From: Paragordius varius
Lineage: Eukaryota > Animalia > Nematomorpha
NCBI GenBank assembly: GCA_964247055.1
Contig: OZ176051.1
Span: forward strand, 14,074,001-14,138,000
Length of the DNA stretch: 64,000 bases
Direction: 5' to 3'
This document shows positions 13,915-27,512 of this stretch, piece after piece. Position 1 is the first letter of the stretch; the number at the start of each line of letters is the position of its first letter. The notes below the pieces were generated by a model, which saw nothing but the letters and a program-made list of their open reading frames with translations, searched no databases and was not told where the DNA came from. The position numbers and the translations under genes were made by a program.

Positions 13915-14362
13915 GGCCTTTTGGGGTAGTTATATATCCCCCGATTTAAAATGTATCTTTAGTCTAGGTGCATTATACAAATTTTTTTTAAAAAATATAT
14001 TGTAAAATTTCTTAGAAAAATTTTTCCACTTTTTTATTATTTTATTTAATCGCTAATGCAACAGGCAAATAAATGTATATATGGTTAGATAATGTAAATA
14101 GTTAATTTAACAGGCTTTCAGGCTACATTTCACCAGAAAAAACTTGATATATTTTGATTTTAATATCGGCTGTTTGTTTCGATCTTGTTTGAGAGCTGTC
14201 CCAATTTCAGACTCTAGAAGTTATAAATATGTAAAAAATATAAGCTCTTTTATCTAATTCATGAGAACAATGTTTGACAATAAATCTTAACTAAAATTAC
14301 TTTCAAAACAATGGTTAATTTACATTGAGCTCTGGGATATAAAACTACCCCAAAAGGTAATT
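13915..14362. repeat. Inverted-repeat (MITE-like) element upstream of Mondo
   Basis: ccttttggggtagttatatatccc at ~13917 is inverted as gggatataaaactaccccaaaagg at ~14338. Confidence 0.4.
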
Positions 14363-14699
14363 TAGGACAAAATGGAAAGGTAATGAAGTGTTAAACAAAT
14401 TTTTGTGAAAAATTAATGCATTCTAAAAAATACACTAAAATATAATAAAACGAGGGTTTTTTTTTCAAGAAGGACGGAACCCTTTGGATAGATCTGGGCC
14501 ATAAGCATTGGTCCTGCTAAACAGATTGTTTTCTACAAGAGAAATTTAACTTTTCAAAGGTCCTATCGATTTCATAAACTTGTTGAAAAATTGACCATGC
14601 GGTATAGCCAACTTCATGTGGGCGTCTGTAACGTGTCAGGCAAATCATAGATAATTTGTGCGCAAACAGTCGATAAGTGGAGTCGTTTGTATGACAATA

Positions 14700-15290
14700 T
14701 ATGGATAAAATTTATTATTGTAGTCATACAACATGAAATGGAGGTTGATGATGGGTGAATTTTGAATAGTAAAGAAAGGTGCAAATATTTGGGGGCAATA
14801 TTAAGTTCTTATGGATCATTGACCGACGATATTAATTTAAGAATAAAGAGCAATTGGGTAAATTGGAAAAAAATTTCAAGCGTGTTATGTGATCGAAATA
14901 TTGATGTTAGAGTGAAAGGTAAGATATACAGTTAGTTGTTCAATCCACAATGATGTATTATTCACAGACGTGGGGCGTCAAAAAATCCGAAGAGAGACAA
15001 TTTAGTCACGGATGAAGTGTAGGGTAACAAGAGAGAACAAAGTCAAGAATAGATATATACGTGAGCATAGTTGTTATATTAATAGTGGAAAAAATGACAA
15101 AAAAAAGGCTACATCGGTTTGGGCACATTGAAAGGAGAGATTCCAATTTTATTGCAAAAATAGAGAGGGCGGCCTAAAACGAGATTAGACACAATAAAAA
15201 GAGAGCTAGCAGAATCCGTGCTAAAAGCAGAAGATGCTATAGAGAGAGCTATGAGATAGGTTGTCTAACATGACCGCTCTCATGGTTGAA
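14700..15290 (+). mobile_element. RTE-clade non-LTR retrotransposon 3' remnant
   Basis: CKYLGAILSSYGSLTDDINLRIKSNWVNWKKISSVLCDRNIDVRVKGKIY, followed by FGHIERR; disrupted by stops and frameshifts. Confidence 0.75.
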
Positions 15291-15329
15291 AACATGTAAT
15301 GTAATTAATAAAGAGGTTTGGGTTTATTG

Positions 15330-16900
15330 CATAAAGTATAGTTTTTATTTTTTTAGCTTGTTGTAACTTTATCGAATTTGTTTTGAAAGCCATTGCTTCT
15401 GTTACTTTTAGAACGGATTGTATGGGGGGTTGTGTCTATTTGGATTTGAATGAGATGTAGTTATTGTTTAAAATACTTTTGAGTTTGTGATATTTAGACC
15501 ACGCATTATTTGTTTATTTATAGTAAGTTCAAGGCCTTCACTAGCAGAACGTCACCCAAATATGTCATACTTTGTACCGTTTCACAAGGTTCTTCATTGC
15601 ATATATTTGTGGAGGGGCGCGGTGCAATTGCACATATATAAAATCGTGATCTAATTTTTTTCCACTGAGAGCATTTTTTGTGCCCATTTTTTACATTTGA
15701 GACATAAATTTTTATTGGTTTTAGACTTCTTTATTAATTATTAAATAGGGTCATTTAATTGGATTATATCTATTATCATTCATTAATTTTGTTTTTGATA
15801 CATTAACCTTAAGGTTAAACATCTCTAGCCGTTTTCTCCATCTCGTCAGATTAGTATTGTCTTTCACTCTTTTCCATTAATGCCAAGTCGTCGGCATAAA
15901 GGATGTTGTATGTTAAGCCTTGATTATCTAAAGGGTTTAGTGATTACATTTATGATAGTAAAATCTTAAGAGCAAGCCTTGATGCAGCCCATTAATTGAG
16001 GGAGAATCGAAGTACCTTACGCTTGTAGCCACCTGAGCTAGGTACTCGGTATACAATGCCATTATTGATTTATCAATCCATTCGTCATGCCTTTGTTTCG
16101 TAGTGTTCAGGGAATTAGAGATCGAGGTACCGAATCGAATGCCTTTTCAAGATCGACGAAGGCATAAGCTAAGGGGCGATTTCGAGGGTGGTCTTGTTGA
16201 AGTTGTTTTAGTTTAAAAATAGCCTCTGTGGTTACTGTTGGGTAAAAAGCTGCTTTTGCATTTCAATATCTATCCTATCTTTTAATTTATTTAGTAAAAT
16301 AAGCTCAAATAGTTTCATACCACGTTCGAGTATTAAATCTGTCTCCTTGTTACATTCTTTTGGAGTTATTATATCGTTAATTATACTCTCAAATATATTA
16401 TTCAGTATCGGTGTGATAAGTTTTGATTCAGCGCTAATCATTTCTATCGTAAATTCTGAGGGTTCCGAAACTTTGTTCCTTTTCATGTAACGAATCGCTT
16501 TTTTCAATATCATCCTCCGTAAACTGTTCAGCACAGCTCAATACATGTGTCAAACCTGGTAAAACATTATTATTATCATTGTTGAATATTTTGTGAAAAT
16601 GGTTCATCCAAATTTGTTTTATAACGATATCGTCATAAGATAGTGCTGTTGGGTTGTTTTAGGGCTTGTTTTGATAAAATAGAAGTTGAGTCCTTGATTG
16701 ATCTGTATATGGATTGTGATTTAATTTGAGCATCCATTTTTAAACCTGCTTCGTGACCCTTTTTACTTATCATTTCCCTTATTGTTTTGCGACATTTTTT
16801 ATTTTCAATGAAATATTCTAATTTGGATTCGGCTGTTTCGGCTTTCCATTTCTTAAAAGGTAACTTTATCAATCTAACATAATCCTTAATAGCAAACGTC
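15330..16900 (-). mobile_element. RTE-clade non-LTR retrotransposon remnant (RT core)
   Basis: The minus strand gives AIRYMKRNK..P, GMKLFE, AFVDLEKAFD (~16140-16170), GLHQG (~15980), NILYADDLAL (~15885-15910), LKVNVSKT and MTYLGD; many frameshifts. Confidence 0.8.
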
Positions 16901-17226
16901 CCACCACCATTTAAACTTGATGTTATTTACCTTTTTACAACATCCTGCAACCTTTTCCAGTGATGTAACACATAATAATCTGACGGTGCACCAATTAATA
17001 CAGTCGGAAGAGACCTTGTCTAATACTAACCTTTTAATGTCGTAAATGGATGTTTTGGTTAACGGATGATACTGTGTTAGATGGGTGATGTATATTAATT
17101 TTAATATCTGCAACAACTTATGTTGCAATGGCAGTTTTTGTTCTTATATTTGTAAAAGTCTTTTTAAAGAAAAGCTTGAGATAATCAAATCGATAGCAGT
17201 GCTTTATTTGCCTGGTGGAATATTTA

Positions 17227-17576
17227 CATTGTGTGCATAATTTTTTTCATGAGATAGCTTATGTCTAGCGATTTGCCGTAAATTTTTTTATTTGTTTACG
17301 ACCTAGATTTTGAAATATTGAGATATTGAGAGAAAATGGAAATCGGGCAGAAAGTGAAAAAGTAAATAAAGGATAATTCAAAAATAATGATAAAAGTTGA
17401 GATATTATGTTTATTATTAGCTATTTTCTATATAAATAACCATCATATTAGGGTTTGTATAATATCTCTCAAAAGATGGCATTCTTTTAACATACTTAAA
17501 AAACAAAATTTATATGAAACTATATTAAAATAATTTTTATTATTATTTGCTAACTACACTCACTATCAAAATATTA

Positions 17577-17621
<45 letters not shown>

Positions 17622-18344
17622 GTAAATAAAACTGATTCAATATAAAACTATAAAATATTTTTTATTTTTTCATTTTTGTCATCTGGTTTATGTGTGTATA
17701 AAAAATTTCCTGTTTATTTTCTAGTCTTACATGTGCGGGAATCATAAAGTATATAAATTAAAACAAAATAGGATTTACGAGTGGTGGAAAATCAACCAAA
17801 ATTCCGTATATCCCAGTAATATTAATTTATGTTAAAAAAACTCGTTACAGGGATTTGTAAGGATTGTTGGTTGATTTTCCACTACTTGTGAATATTTTGT
17901 ATTAATTTATATACTTTTTACCCGATCATGTAAGACTACAAAATAAACAGTACATTTTATACACCCATAAACCAGATGTGACAAAAAATAAAAAAAAATA
18001 TTTTTTAGTTTTATTTTGATATATAAGTTTTTACTGAATTAAATATGAATATTAAGATTTTAATAGTGAGTTAAGTATAACCGCGATTTTATAGAAATTC
18101 TAATTAATTATTTTTGGCTATTTGTATATTGAAAATAGCTCCTAAAATGATAATAAACCATAATATATTGATTTTTATTATTATTGTTTGAATTATTCTT
18201 AATTATCTTTAATTTTCACTTTTTGCCCGATTTGATAATCTAAACTAGGTCGTCAAAAATTAATTGCGGTAAATTTCGCTGGTGAGCTATCTCATGAAAA
18301 AAAATTTTTTGTTAAATAAATTAACCCTTTTTTTGCACACAGTG
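17227..18344. mobile_element. Palindromic Tc1/mariner-type MITE (family B, copy 1), ~1.1 kb
   Basis: TA-flanked termini CA(C/T)TGTGTGCA../..TGCACACAGTG. The arms are inverted over nearly the whole length around ~17840. Homologues are at 45673 and 51419. Confidence 0.7.
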
Positions 18345-18350
18345 TATGTA

Positions 18351-18387
<37 letters not shown>

Positions 18388-18399
18388 GATCGATTTGGT

Positions 18400-18740
18400 T
18401 AAATTCTTAAGCATTTAAATATCTCAAACTTAAATAAAAGTGAACTTTAATAGGCATATTTTTGCACTTTTGAGTATTTTATGTATAATACATGAAAATT
18501 TTTTATCAGAATAAATTAAATAAAAAACTGCTTTTAGGCCAAATTATGTAGCAAACTAGTGTTAAGTCTGATTTGTTTAATAACATATCCTTCAATACAG
18601 TTAAAATTTTTATGAGCTAATTTATCAAGTCTTGCTGACTATTATTAAATTTAATAGTTTCTTTTGTAGAACTGGTTTTAAATTTTCATTTACTTTTTGC
18701 CGATTTTCCATATTTTTGTCCATTCACCATTTTAGAACAT
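18400..18740. repeat. Dispersed repeat, inverted copy at ~32560-32880
   Basis: ggccaaattatgtagcaaactagtg (~18537) versus cactagtttgctacataatttggc (~32780), with flanking similarity. Confidence 0.55.
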
Positions 18741-19271
18741 GCTCTGACCCTTTTCACCTTGCATAGTTTCCAACACGTCTAAAAAATTTTAACGCATTGC
18801 GATAAATTCGAAAAGAAAAACCAAATAAATAAATTTTTAATAAAGTATTTTATATATCATTAATAAAATATATCCAACATTAAAGATAAAATTTTGCAAT
18901 TCTTTAATTACCAGATAGAATTATTTGCATTTTCATATACACAGCTGTATTGAGGTAATGTGAAACACGATAGAAATATTATAGTGTAATACTGGGTTAT
19001 TTTGGAAAAATTAGATTTTAATTACATAATTTTTTATATATATATATATATATATATTAATAAATAATAGTTATTTTATGTAACCATAAAGTATAGCTTT
19101 AATGATTTTTATATATTTAATTTTATCATAATTGTTGAAATAACATGTTAAAATATTGTTATTATATTTATCAGATGTTTTAATAAATGGATAAGATAGT
19201 AAGGTAATATTTTTTGGGGGTCATTACATATTTGGTTTAGCGATCAGGATGATTTTGATATTTTTTTAATT

Positions 19272-19315
<44 letters not shown>

Positions 19316-19959
19316 TCTAATAGAATGTGTTAAATATTTTTCGAGGTTCAATGATTGCTAAAATAATTGATTGGTTTTATTGATTTAGGCGATTTGGATA
19401 TACGATAATTTATTTCTATTATATAAGATGAAATAATATATTTTAAATATATGGGGACATCGATTGCACTCTATATATAAATTACTTTTTAAATAATTGC
19501 TTTCATGAAAGTTTTCTTTATATTAAGTATCTAGGGCCGAAAAGAAAATACCTATTCCTGTAAATTTTTCAAAGATTAATATTTGGCATTTTTCATTCAA
19601 CAATTAAAAAATGTTATAAGTTTTTTTAATAAAAATAAAGATGATCTCATCAATTTAGAAGAAATTATCAAATATTTATTTTATACATCTTTCCGGTCAA
19701 AAAAACTCCAGAGGCATCAATCTGAGGCAATTTTTTTGAGCAAACCGAAAATTTATTCATCCAAAAGCAAACATTTTTTTGCAAAAATAATTTTTATTTC
19801 ATGACATTTTTTATTAAGTATTAATTAATTTTTATCCTTGATTTATTAAAAATTATATTATATATGATTTGTATTGATGTACATTAATATTTGATGGTAG
19901 TTTGATTTTCAAACATTTATATTTTCCTCCCTACCTTAATGCAGTAATATTCACCAAAT

Positions 19960-22230
19960 ATACCATTTCCCAGTCTAAAAAATGTTTTCCCAGTCAATCG
20001 AAACATCTTCTCAATCAATCGAAACGTTTCCCAATCAATAAAAACGTTTTCCCAGTCAATAACTTTTCCCAGTCAATAAAAATGATTTTATTTTTGATGA
20101 TAAATATCAAAACAGGATATAAAAATAACTTTATTATTTTTAATAAAAAAAACAATTATTGAATGACAATTTTTCCAATTACGTTTCAGTCACAATCATA
20201 ATGACTTCTTCTTTAAAAGATATATTTTTTGGAATTTGAGTATTTTTAAGATAATATTCAAATTTTATCGATGGCTCGCATTAATATTTGCAGCTAACTT
20301 TTAATAGTTACTGATGAAATAAAAAATTCAAAATATACCATTTTCATCTCAAATTGGTCATTTAATTCTTCAAAACTTTAAAACATGTCAAGTTTGCGAT
20401 AAAAATATTGTCGGAAAGTAATATCTAAAAATTTTTTTAGATAAAAATGTTTTTGATTTAAAAATATTTTATAAAAAAGGATACAACACAATGTTTTCGC
20501 GGGCCTCGTTTTTAACTCAAAAAGCACAGCGTTCCGCATTCGAATTATATGCGGACATTCATAAATAAATTATTCGATTTTAGACATAAGACTGTAATAT
20601 ACAAACACAATATAACAAATTTTTTTTTCCTTGCCAATTAATCGACTCATTCAGAATAATTGCGTATGAATTTTGCTAAGATTTTGTGAGCTAATTTTTG
20701 CATATGGATTTCCAAATTTTTCGCGGGCCGCACAAAGAAACTCGGAGGGCCGCGCTTGGCCACCCCTGGGATGAATATTATATAAATTAAGGTAAAATTT
20801 ATGTTTAAAATCTAATATGAAGTGTTAAATGACCTTTGAGAAAAAATGGTTTTTGAAAAAAAATTTATTATTTCATCCGTAACTATAGATTTTATAAGTT
20901 GGCCGCAAATATTAATGCCAACCATCGTATTATCTTAAAAATATCTCGAATTCCAAAAATATTAATTTTAAATAATAAGTACTGGAATGGAGAAATTGTC
21001 ATTCAATAATTGTGTTTTTATATAAAAAATAATATCCTAATATTACTCTGATAATAATTAACAGTTATTTTTATATCTTGTTTTGATATTTATCATCAAA
21101 AATAAAACCGTTTTCATTGACTGGGAAAACGTTTCGATTGACTGGAAAAATGTTTTGATTGACAAGGAAAACGTTTTCCCAGTCAATAAAAGCGGTTTTA
21201 TTTTTGATGATAAATATCAGAACAAGATATAAAAATAACCTTTAATCATTATCAGAGTAATATGAGGATATTATTTTTTATAAAAACACAATTATTGAAT
21301 GACAATTTTTCCAATTATATTCCAGTGCAAAATCATTAATGACTTATTCTTTAAAACTTATATTTTTGGAATTCGAGATATTTTTAAGATAATATTTTTT
21401 ATTTTATTGATGGTTCGCATTAATATTTGCGGCTTACTTACAAAATCTATAGTTACGGAGGAAATAATAAAATTTATAAAAATATACCATTTTTACCTCA
21501 AAGGTCATTTAACACTTCATATTTGATCTCAAATATAAATTTTACCCTAATTTTATAATATTTATCATTTGGTTAATCCGATGCCTTAGGCGGCCTTCCG
21601 AGTATCTTTGTGCGGCCGCGAAAAAATTGGAAATCCATATGCAAAAATATGCCTACAAAATCTTAGTAATATTCATATTTCTTACGCAAATATTATGAAT
21701 GAGTCTATTAAATTCGTAACGAATTAAAAAAAATATTGTGTTTGTATTTTACAGTCTTATTAATCGAAAAATTATGTGAATGCCCGTATATATTTCCAAT
21801 GCAGAACGGTGTGCTTTTTGAGTTAAAAATGCGGCCCGCGAAGACATTTGGTTGCACACCCCTGTTTTAGTCAAATATGTTATATTAATGCGAACCATCA
21901 ATAAAATAAAAAATATTATCTTAAAAACATCTCAAATTCCAAAAATATAACTTACAAAGAATAAGTCATTAATGATTGTGCACTGGAATATACTTTTGTC
22001 AATCAATAATTGTGTTTTTATAAAAAATATTATCCTAATATTACGCTGATAATGGTGAAAGTTGTTTTTATATTCTTGTTTTGATATTTATCATCCAAAA
22101 TAAAACCGTTTTTATTGACTGGGAAAACATTTCGATTGACTGGGAAAAGGTTATTGACTGAGAAAACGTTTCGATTGACTGGAAACGTTTCGATTGATTG
22201 GGAAAATGTTTTGATTGACTGGGAAAACGT
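19960..22230. mobile_element. Compound inverted duplication of MITEs (A>-X-A< A>-X'-A<)
   Basis: cccagtcaa arrays sit at both ends and at the centre (~21110-21200). ~350-bp A arms appear four times in alternating orientation. An internal hAT MITE is present twice in opposite orientation, ending cacccctg at 20768 and cacacccctg at ~21864. Confidence 0.65.
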
Positions 22231-22299
22231 TTATTTTGACTGATAAATGGATATATTATGTATGGTAAAAATAAAATTTTTTCTTATGGGCCGTGCACG

Positions 22300-23950
22300 A
22301 AATAATGCCAATAAATATAATAGAGCTCTTGAAATCCATTTGCCATATTTATACTTTTCAGGAGTTAGCTTTGGGGGAATTGGATGGTGTATTTTTGACT
22401 TTGAAATTAAAAGAAGAAGAGGCATACCAAAAACTCTTCTTCGTGACCTCCGCTTCAAAGATTTAAAGATGTCTAGACTAACTCTTGGGAAATGTACCTG
22501 AAAATGTGTTTACCCAAACGAGGTGTTAGTCTCAGATGCTACAAAAGATGAGTGATAAAAGAGTAAGGGTTGTTTTAAGCAGATTAGAACAGGCTACAAT
22601 CCGATTGTGCAAGGAGCGACTGCTAATCGCAACAAGGTGTAGTTCATTGTGTTTCTGATAATTAGACCCATCAAAAAATAGCCATTTAAAATGTCCATCA
22701 TTAAATATAACTGAAATCCGATTTTTTAGGATTCATAAAATTTTAAAAGCGTTCTTTTATTAAATTTACATATTATGAATTTGACAAGTTAGGAGGTAAA
22801 AATTACCTTGGCAGTACACTTAGGCGAAAAATGATATTGTTAAAAAACCGAAATCCAGATACTAATGGTTGGCTTTTACTAAACTATATCTTTTGTTTTT
22901 TGAAACAGATAACTCAAACAAGTGTTTTGGAGCAATTTTATTACAATCTTGCACGTTCGCTCATGTTTGGCAGCGGAAATATCCCATGATTTAACAAAAA
23001 GTTAAAGCTGTAATTTTTGTTCTTAAATTTTAAGTATATTTTAGGGAAGTAATTTCATAATAATGACCACAAACGCTTTACTGAGGAGGATACATATGGT
23101 CATTGAATACAATTATTAGATTACAAAAAAATCAAGATTCGGCTGAGCCCCTATCCAGATTGCTCGCTAACAGCGTTTATGACGAGGAAGATGCCCTAAA
23201 CAATCCGTTTTATCGTTAAATCATGTTTCAATAAGAGAACAGTTTACGAAGCTACAATCCAAGTTAAAACTGACAACATATAATTAAGAGATGAGGATCT
23301 TAAATCTTTTAGGAAACTTAAAAAAGAGCTACAAACTTGCTACAATCTACTTATCCTTAATTATCGATTAGTAATACACGTAATGCAAAACACTATTTTA
23401 ACGCTGTTATCTACCGTACATAATGGGTTAAAATATATGAATCCGGCCCACAGTTATTGGCTCAACATTGCGAACGATATTAGATGGGTAGAGAAATGAG
23501 AGGCCTGATCAACCGACCCAATACCCCTGATGTTCGACCGTACCCATAGAATTTAAATATGCTGACATGGGAACGCTTTCATATAGATGTTGCTGGCCCA
23601 GACAGTATTACTGGTTAGTAATATTTACTGGGTGGATGATCTGGTCAGAGTTTATTCAGAAAATTCCAAATTGCTTGGAAAAACATACCGCTGGATGTGG
23701 ATTTACTTGTCAATCGCTATTTCACATTAAAAGAATCCGAGTCGGTGTTACAACAATTCAATATTTAGCACGCCCACTCTATGATCTAAAGATCAACGGG
23801 TTGGTAGAAAGAGTAATGAAGTTACTAAATATTTTACCAAAACCGAATTGTATGTATGTGAAGTAATGATCGGTTTTTAATATTCCTACAATACCTCCAT
23901 GCGCCGTCAAAAAATTTCTTCCGCTTTGTTCCAAAATATTTGTCCTAGGT
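22300..23950 (+). mobile_element. Ty3/Gypsy pol remnant (RT-RNaseH-integrase)
   Basis: Degenerate motifs occur in Gypsy order: SFG, NEVLVSDATKDE..RVVLSRLEQ (the YLDD region), LGSNFII.DHK (~23042-23075), ILTLLSTVHNG, YWLNIANDI, RFHIDVAGP (~23575), GVTTIQ..INGLVERV. Confidence 0.7.
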
Positions 23951-26320
23951 AAATTCGACCCCTGCGGAATTAAAACATAGAATAGAACCGGGTCGCAAAT
24001 TTTGGCTCAATCAACCTATTTTCAGCAAAATGTTGAAGGGGTAATGGAAGGCATCTTAGAAAGAAATTTCTTTTTTAATGAAGGACATTTAGGGAGTCAG
24101 CTGAAAATACGCGGATCAACTGCGAAAAGGATTAAATTATCTCGGTACTTCCGGAGTAAATAGTATCAATCTCATGCTTAGCCAACTTCTACAGCTGAAT
24201 TTCATACCACAATCTACTACGCACCTTCTTTCAAACCAACACAACGCAATCAAAATAGTAAGTTACCTATCTCTAACCAACATGTTGTTAAAAACCCGGA
24301 AAGAATATACCCTCAAGCAACCTGTATTATACAGAACATCAATAACACTAGTCGACAAATTTGAACTTTTTCGAGCACCACCACTCAAATTTTTGAATGA
24401 CTGATTTCAGTGTTCTAAAACCGAATCTGAAAAATATTTGATCCCCCCAATCAGAATTTTAAGATATTACAGGTTTTTTAATTTTTCAAAAACAAGAGAA
24501 AATAGGCAGAAAATCATATATAACTTTATAAAAAAAATTATTATATTATAAAACTAATATCATTTAATAAAGCGTTTTGAACTCTATCTTTTGAATATAA
24601 ATATATCATTTAAATATTAGGGAAAAAAATTAGTACGGGTAATGTTAAAATTTAGTGTTGTTTTAAAGCTAATTTTAAACACGTAGATATTTATCTTAAA
24701 AAAAATACTAAAAAAGGCATTTTGTAGTTTAATTTGGTTCAGATAGGCTATATTTGTTTTGTTAGTTTTGGTTATTTTTAGTACTTATCAGGGTTTTTCT
24801 CTCCGGTTGATTCAAAAATCCTATTATTTATACCTAAAAGATATAATTTATTTTGAAAATGATTGGCTGCGGTATAATTTGAATTTCAGATGGATGTTGG
24901 GCAGCCACTTTTAATACCTGGATGATGGATATCCTACCATAATTTTCTGAACTACAATATGAACACTTGAAATTATCTAATCTTCTTATCCGATTTCATG
25001 GTCAATTTCTATGGATTGGTTAATTTGACATGTCGATTTCCCTAGATTTTGCTGAAGTTAAATGGGTTATATTTTTGCAGGTCTCTCCGGCTCTACGATC
25101 ACATCATTGTATATCCTTTGCCATATCTGGCATAATTATAGGAGCGCTTGGGGGATGTTATTTTGCAGAGCTTGTGCAAGCTCCTCGGATCTATCACACC
25201 ATACATTAGTCCTCTTAGATTTTTAATATTTTTGATTTTTAATACTCTTTAGGCCTTAGCAATTTATTTCAATTCTATCTTAAAATTTCGTATTCTCTTT
25301 TATTTATACATAGAATTTTTAATTAATATATTGAATAAATGATATTTAAGTATATTCTATATTTCTATGTTGAATAACAATCCCGTTCGATAAGACGCAT
25401 TTCTCGTGCAAAATAGATAACAACCTTCAGCAGCGATTTTGGACAGTTTATATTTTAATCTAAAGATAGAAAGTTTTATTATATAGATCATTAACATTTT
25501 CTGTATCTTCGTTAATAAAAAATCTTCTGTGGTATCGTATACTGGGGCTGATATATTTGGATCATATTTGTATTTTTGTTTTAAAATTTTAATGAAAAAC
25601 CTGGCTTTGGAATACCACTTGTATCGACTTGTTTGTTTAAATATTTAAATATATGTACACGAGGAATAATTATTTTTAAAATTAAATACAAAATTTAAAA
25701 TTAAATTCTAAAAAAATCCTATTGGCGGCTATTTTTTTTGTTTTGGCCTTTTGGTCCCATTAGGTTACAGAAAATAAAAAAAATGGGGTGGTGAAAACCT
25801 TGTTTAGCAATTTAATTTAAAAATATTATTATCTGATAACATTACCTAGCATATAAAAATTTCGTAAAATTTTCGAATTTTTGAGTTTCTAGCTTTAACC
25901 CAATAATTTAATTTAGCATTTAATTGTGATTTTTTGATATGGAAAAATTCAAAAGTTTACATTTTTTTTTAATTTCTAAGGCTTAAAATAAGCATCATGA
26001 TTGTAAAACTTTCATTAATCAGAGTATATAACTTACATCAAGATATTTATCTGCGAACCCTATTTTGCAAATAAGATATTCATTTAAAAAACTATTATTA
26101 CAATATATCAAAAACAAATTTAAAAAGCCTATTATTAGTCCCAATAGCTTAATTTTTGGCCAACTTCAAAATGGGCTAAATTATTCTTTTTATTTAAGTA
26201 ATATAATGAATATGACAAATTTTTTAATAAATTAGATCAAATTTAATTGTTTTAGATAAAAATAAATTTAACGATTAATTATATTTGAGTTTGTGTGATA
26301 AAGACTTAAATATAATTTAG

Positions 26321-26437
26321 TTATTATATATGGAATAATTCAGCAAAAATAATATAAATATATTATAATATTTCGATTACTACAAGTAATCTTTGTATAT
26401 TTATATTATTTTTGCTGAATTATTCCATATATAATAA
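26321..26437. repeat. Perfect 42-bp inverted repeat with 33-nt spacer (hairpin) just 3' of paralogue 1 stop
   Basis: 26321-26362 is the exact reverse complement of 26396-26437. Confidence 0.85.
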
Positions 26438-26473
26438 TACAATCACACTTCAGCGTAAACAATATCCAATAAT

Positions 26474-27472
26474 TTAGTTCTTTAACGTTTGTCTTCTTCT
26501 TTGCCGTGTTGTAGTTCGTCCTAAAATAGAATTGTGATATAATATATTTATAATACATATTTAGTGTAAATTATATTATATTAAGTCTGTATTTGTACTT
26601 TATAAAGAAATTGTTATTTATTTATGTAATAAACGGCTGATTGTTCTAGAGTTTACTTTTTGGGAGTTGAGTTCTTTTTTTACCAGGCGTTCTTCTACGA
26701 GTTGTTTGCTGAGGCGTTCTTGTTCTCATACGTTGAGTTCTCCGCATTGTGGTTCTTTTGCTGTTTTTTCTAGTATTTCTTCTAGTTCTAGCTCTGGTAC
26801 TAAATAATCTCGTAAAACGGGCCCTTGATACGATTCTTGTAACTGAATAAACATAAAAATATTTTATTTAATCCTAAAAATTTAGTAAATGGTATCTTAG
26901 GTGATAATTGAATTCTATTTTCAATTAATGTATAATAGATACCTTTTGGCATGGTCATTGTAACGGGCGGTTGTGTTGGCATTGTTCGCACAGGATTAGT
27001 GCCAGTAGGGCTAGTCAATATAGGAGTGCTTGACAGGACATTAGTTGTCATTGCAGAGGTAAAAGGGGATGTTCTTGATGTCGCAGCTTGGCTTGTTGGG
27101 GTTGACGGAGTTGTTGGAGTCGTAGATGGGGTAGAAGGCGTAGAAGGTGTTGAAGGCGTAGTCGGTGTAGTCGGGGGGAGACTAGATCCTGTATTACAAT
27201 TACAGTTAATTAAATTCAGACAAAATGTGTAAGAGAAATAAATTCTTAAAGAAAGACAACCAATAGAGATATAATATGAAAGTGCGGTTGCCTCTTCCTT
27301 TTGTCTTATAGTTTCGTTTGGTCTGTATAATTTCGTTTTTTTATCAATATACACTATTTATTAATATGAGTAGTTCCGTTAAGCAAGACATATAGACGGT
27401 GATAATATCTAATTTTTTTAGCTAAATCTAAAATTCATATTAAAGAATTATTCGCCACTTTTTAAGCGGTGG

Positions 27473-27512
<40 letters not shown>

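Noticed and set aside
19960-20090. Regularly spaced short repeats (ttttcccagtcaat) superficially like a CRISPR array, also at 22110-22230
   Set aside because: No unique spacers, eukaryotic context, no cas genes; they are terminal arrays of a MITE.
26646-26656. C-terminal SKL* (a PTS1 peroxisomal signal) if exon 4 of paralogue 1 is read to the first stop; CKL* in copy 2
   Set aside because: It arises from read-through of the conserved gtaaa donor. A conserved downstream exon exists in all three copies, copy 3 ends SKLQ, and the protein has a signal-like N-terminus.
26951-27232. Val/Gly-rich hydrophobic ORF (and its counterpart 55183-55377)
   Set aside because: These are antisense shadows of the Thr/Pro mucin exons; the splice sites and synonymous variation fit the opposite strand.
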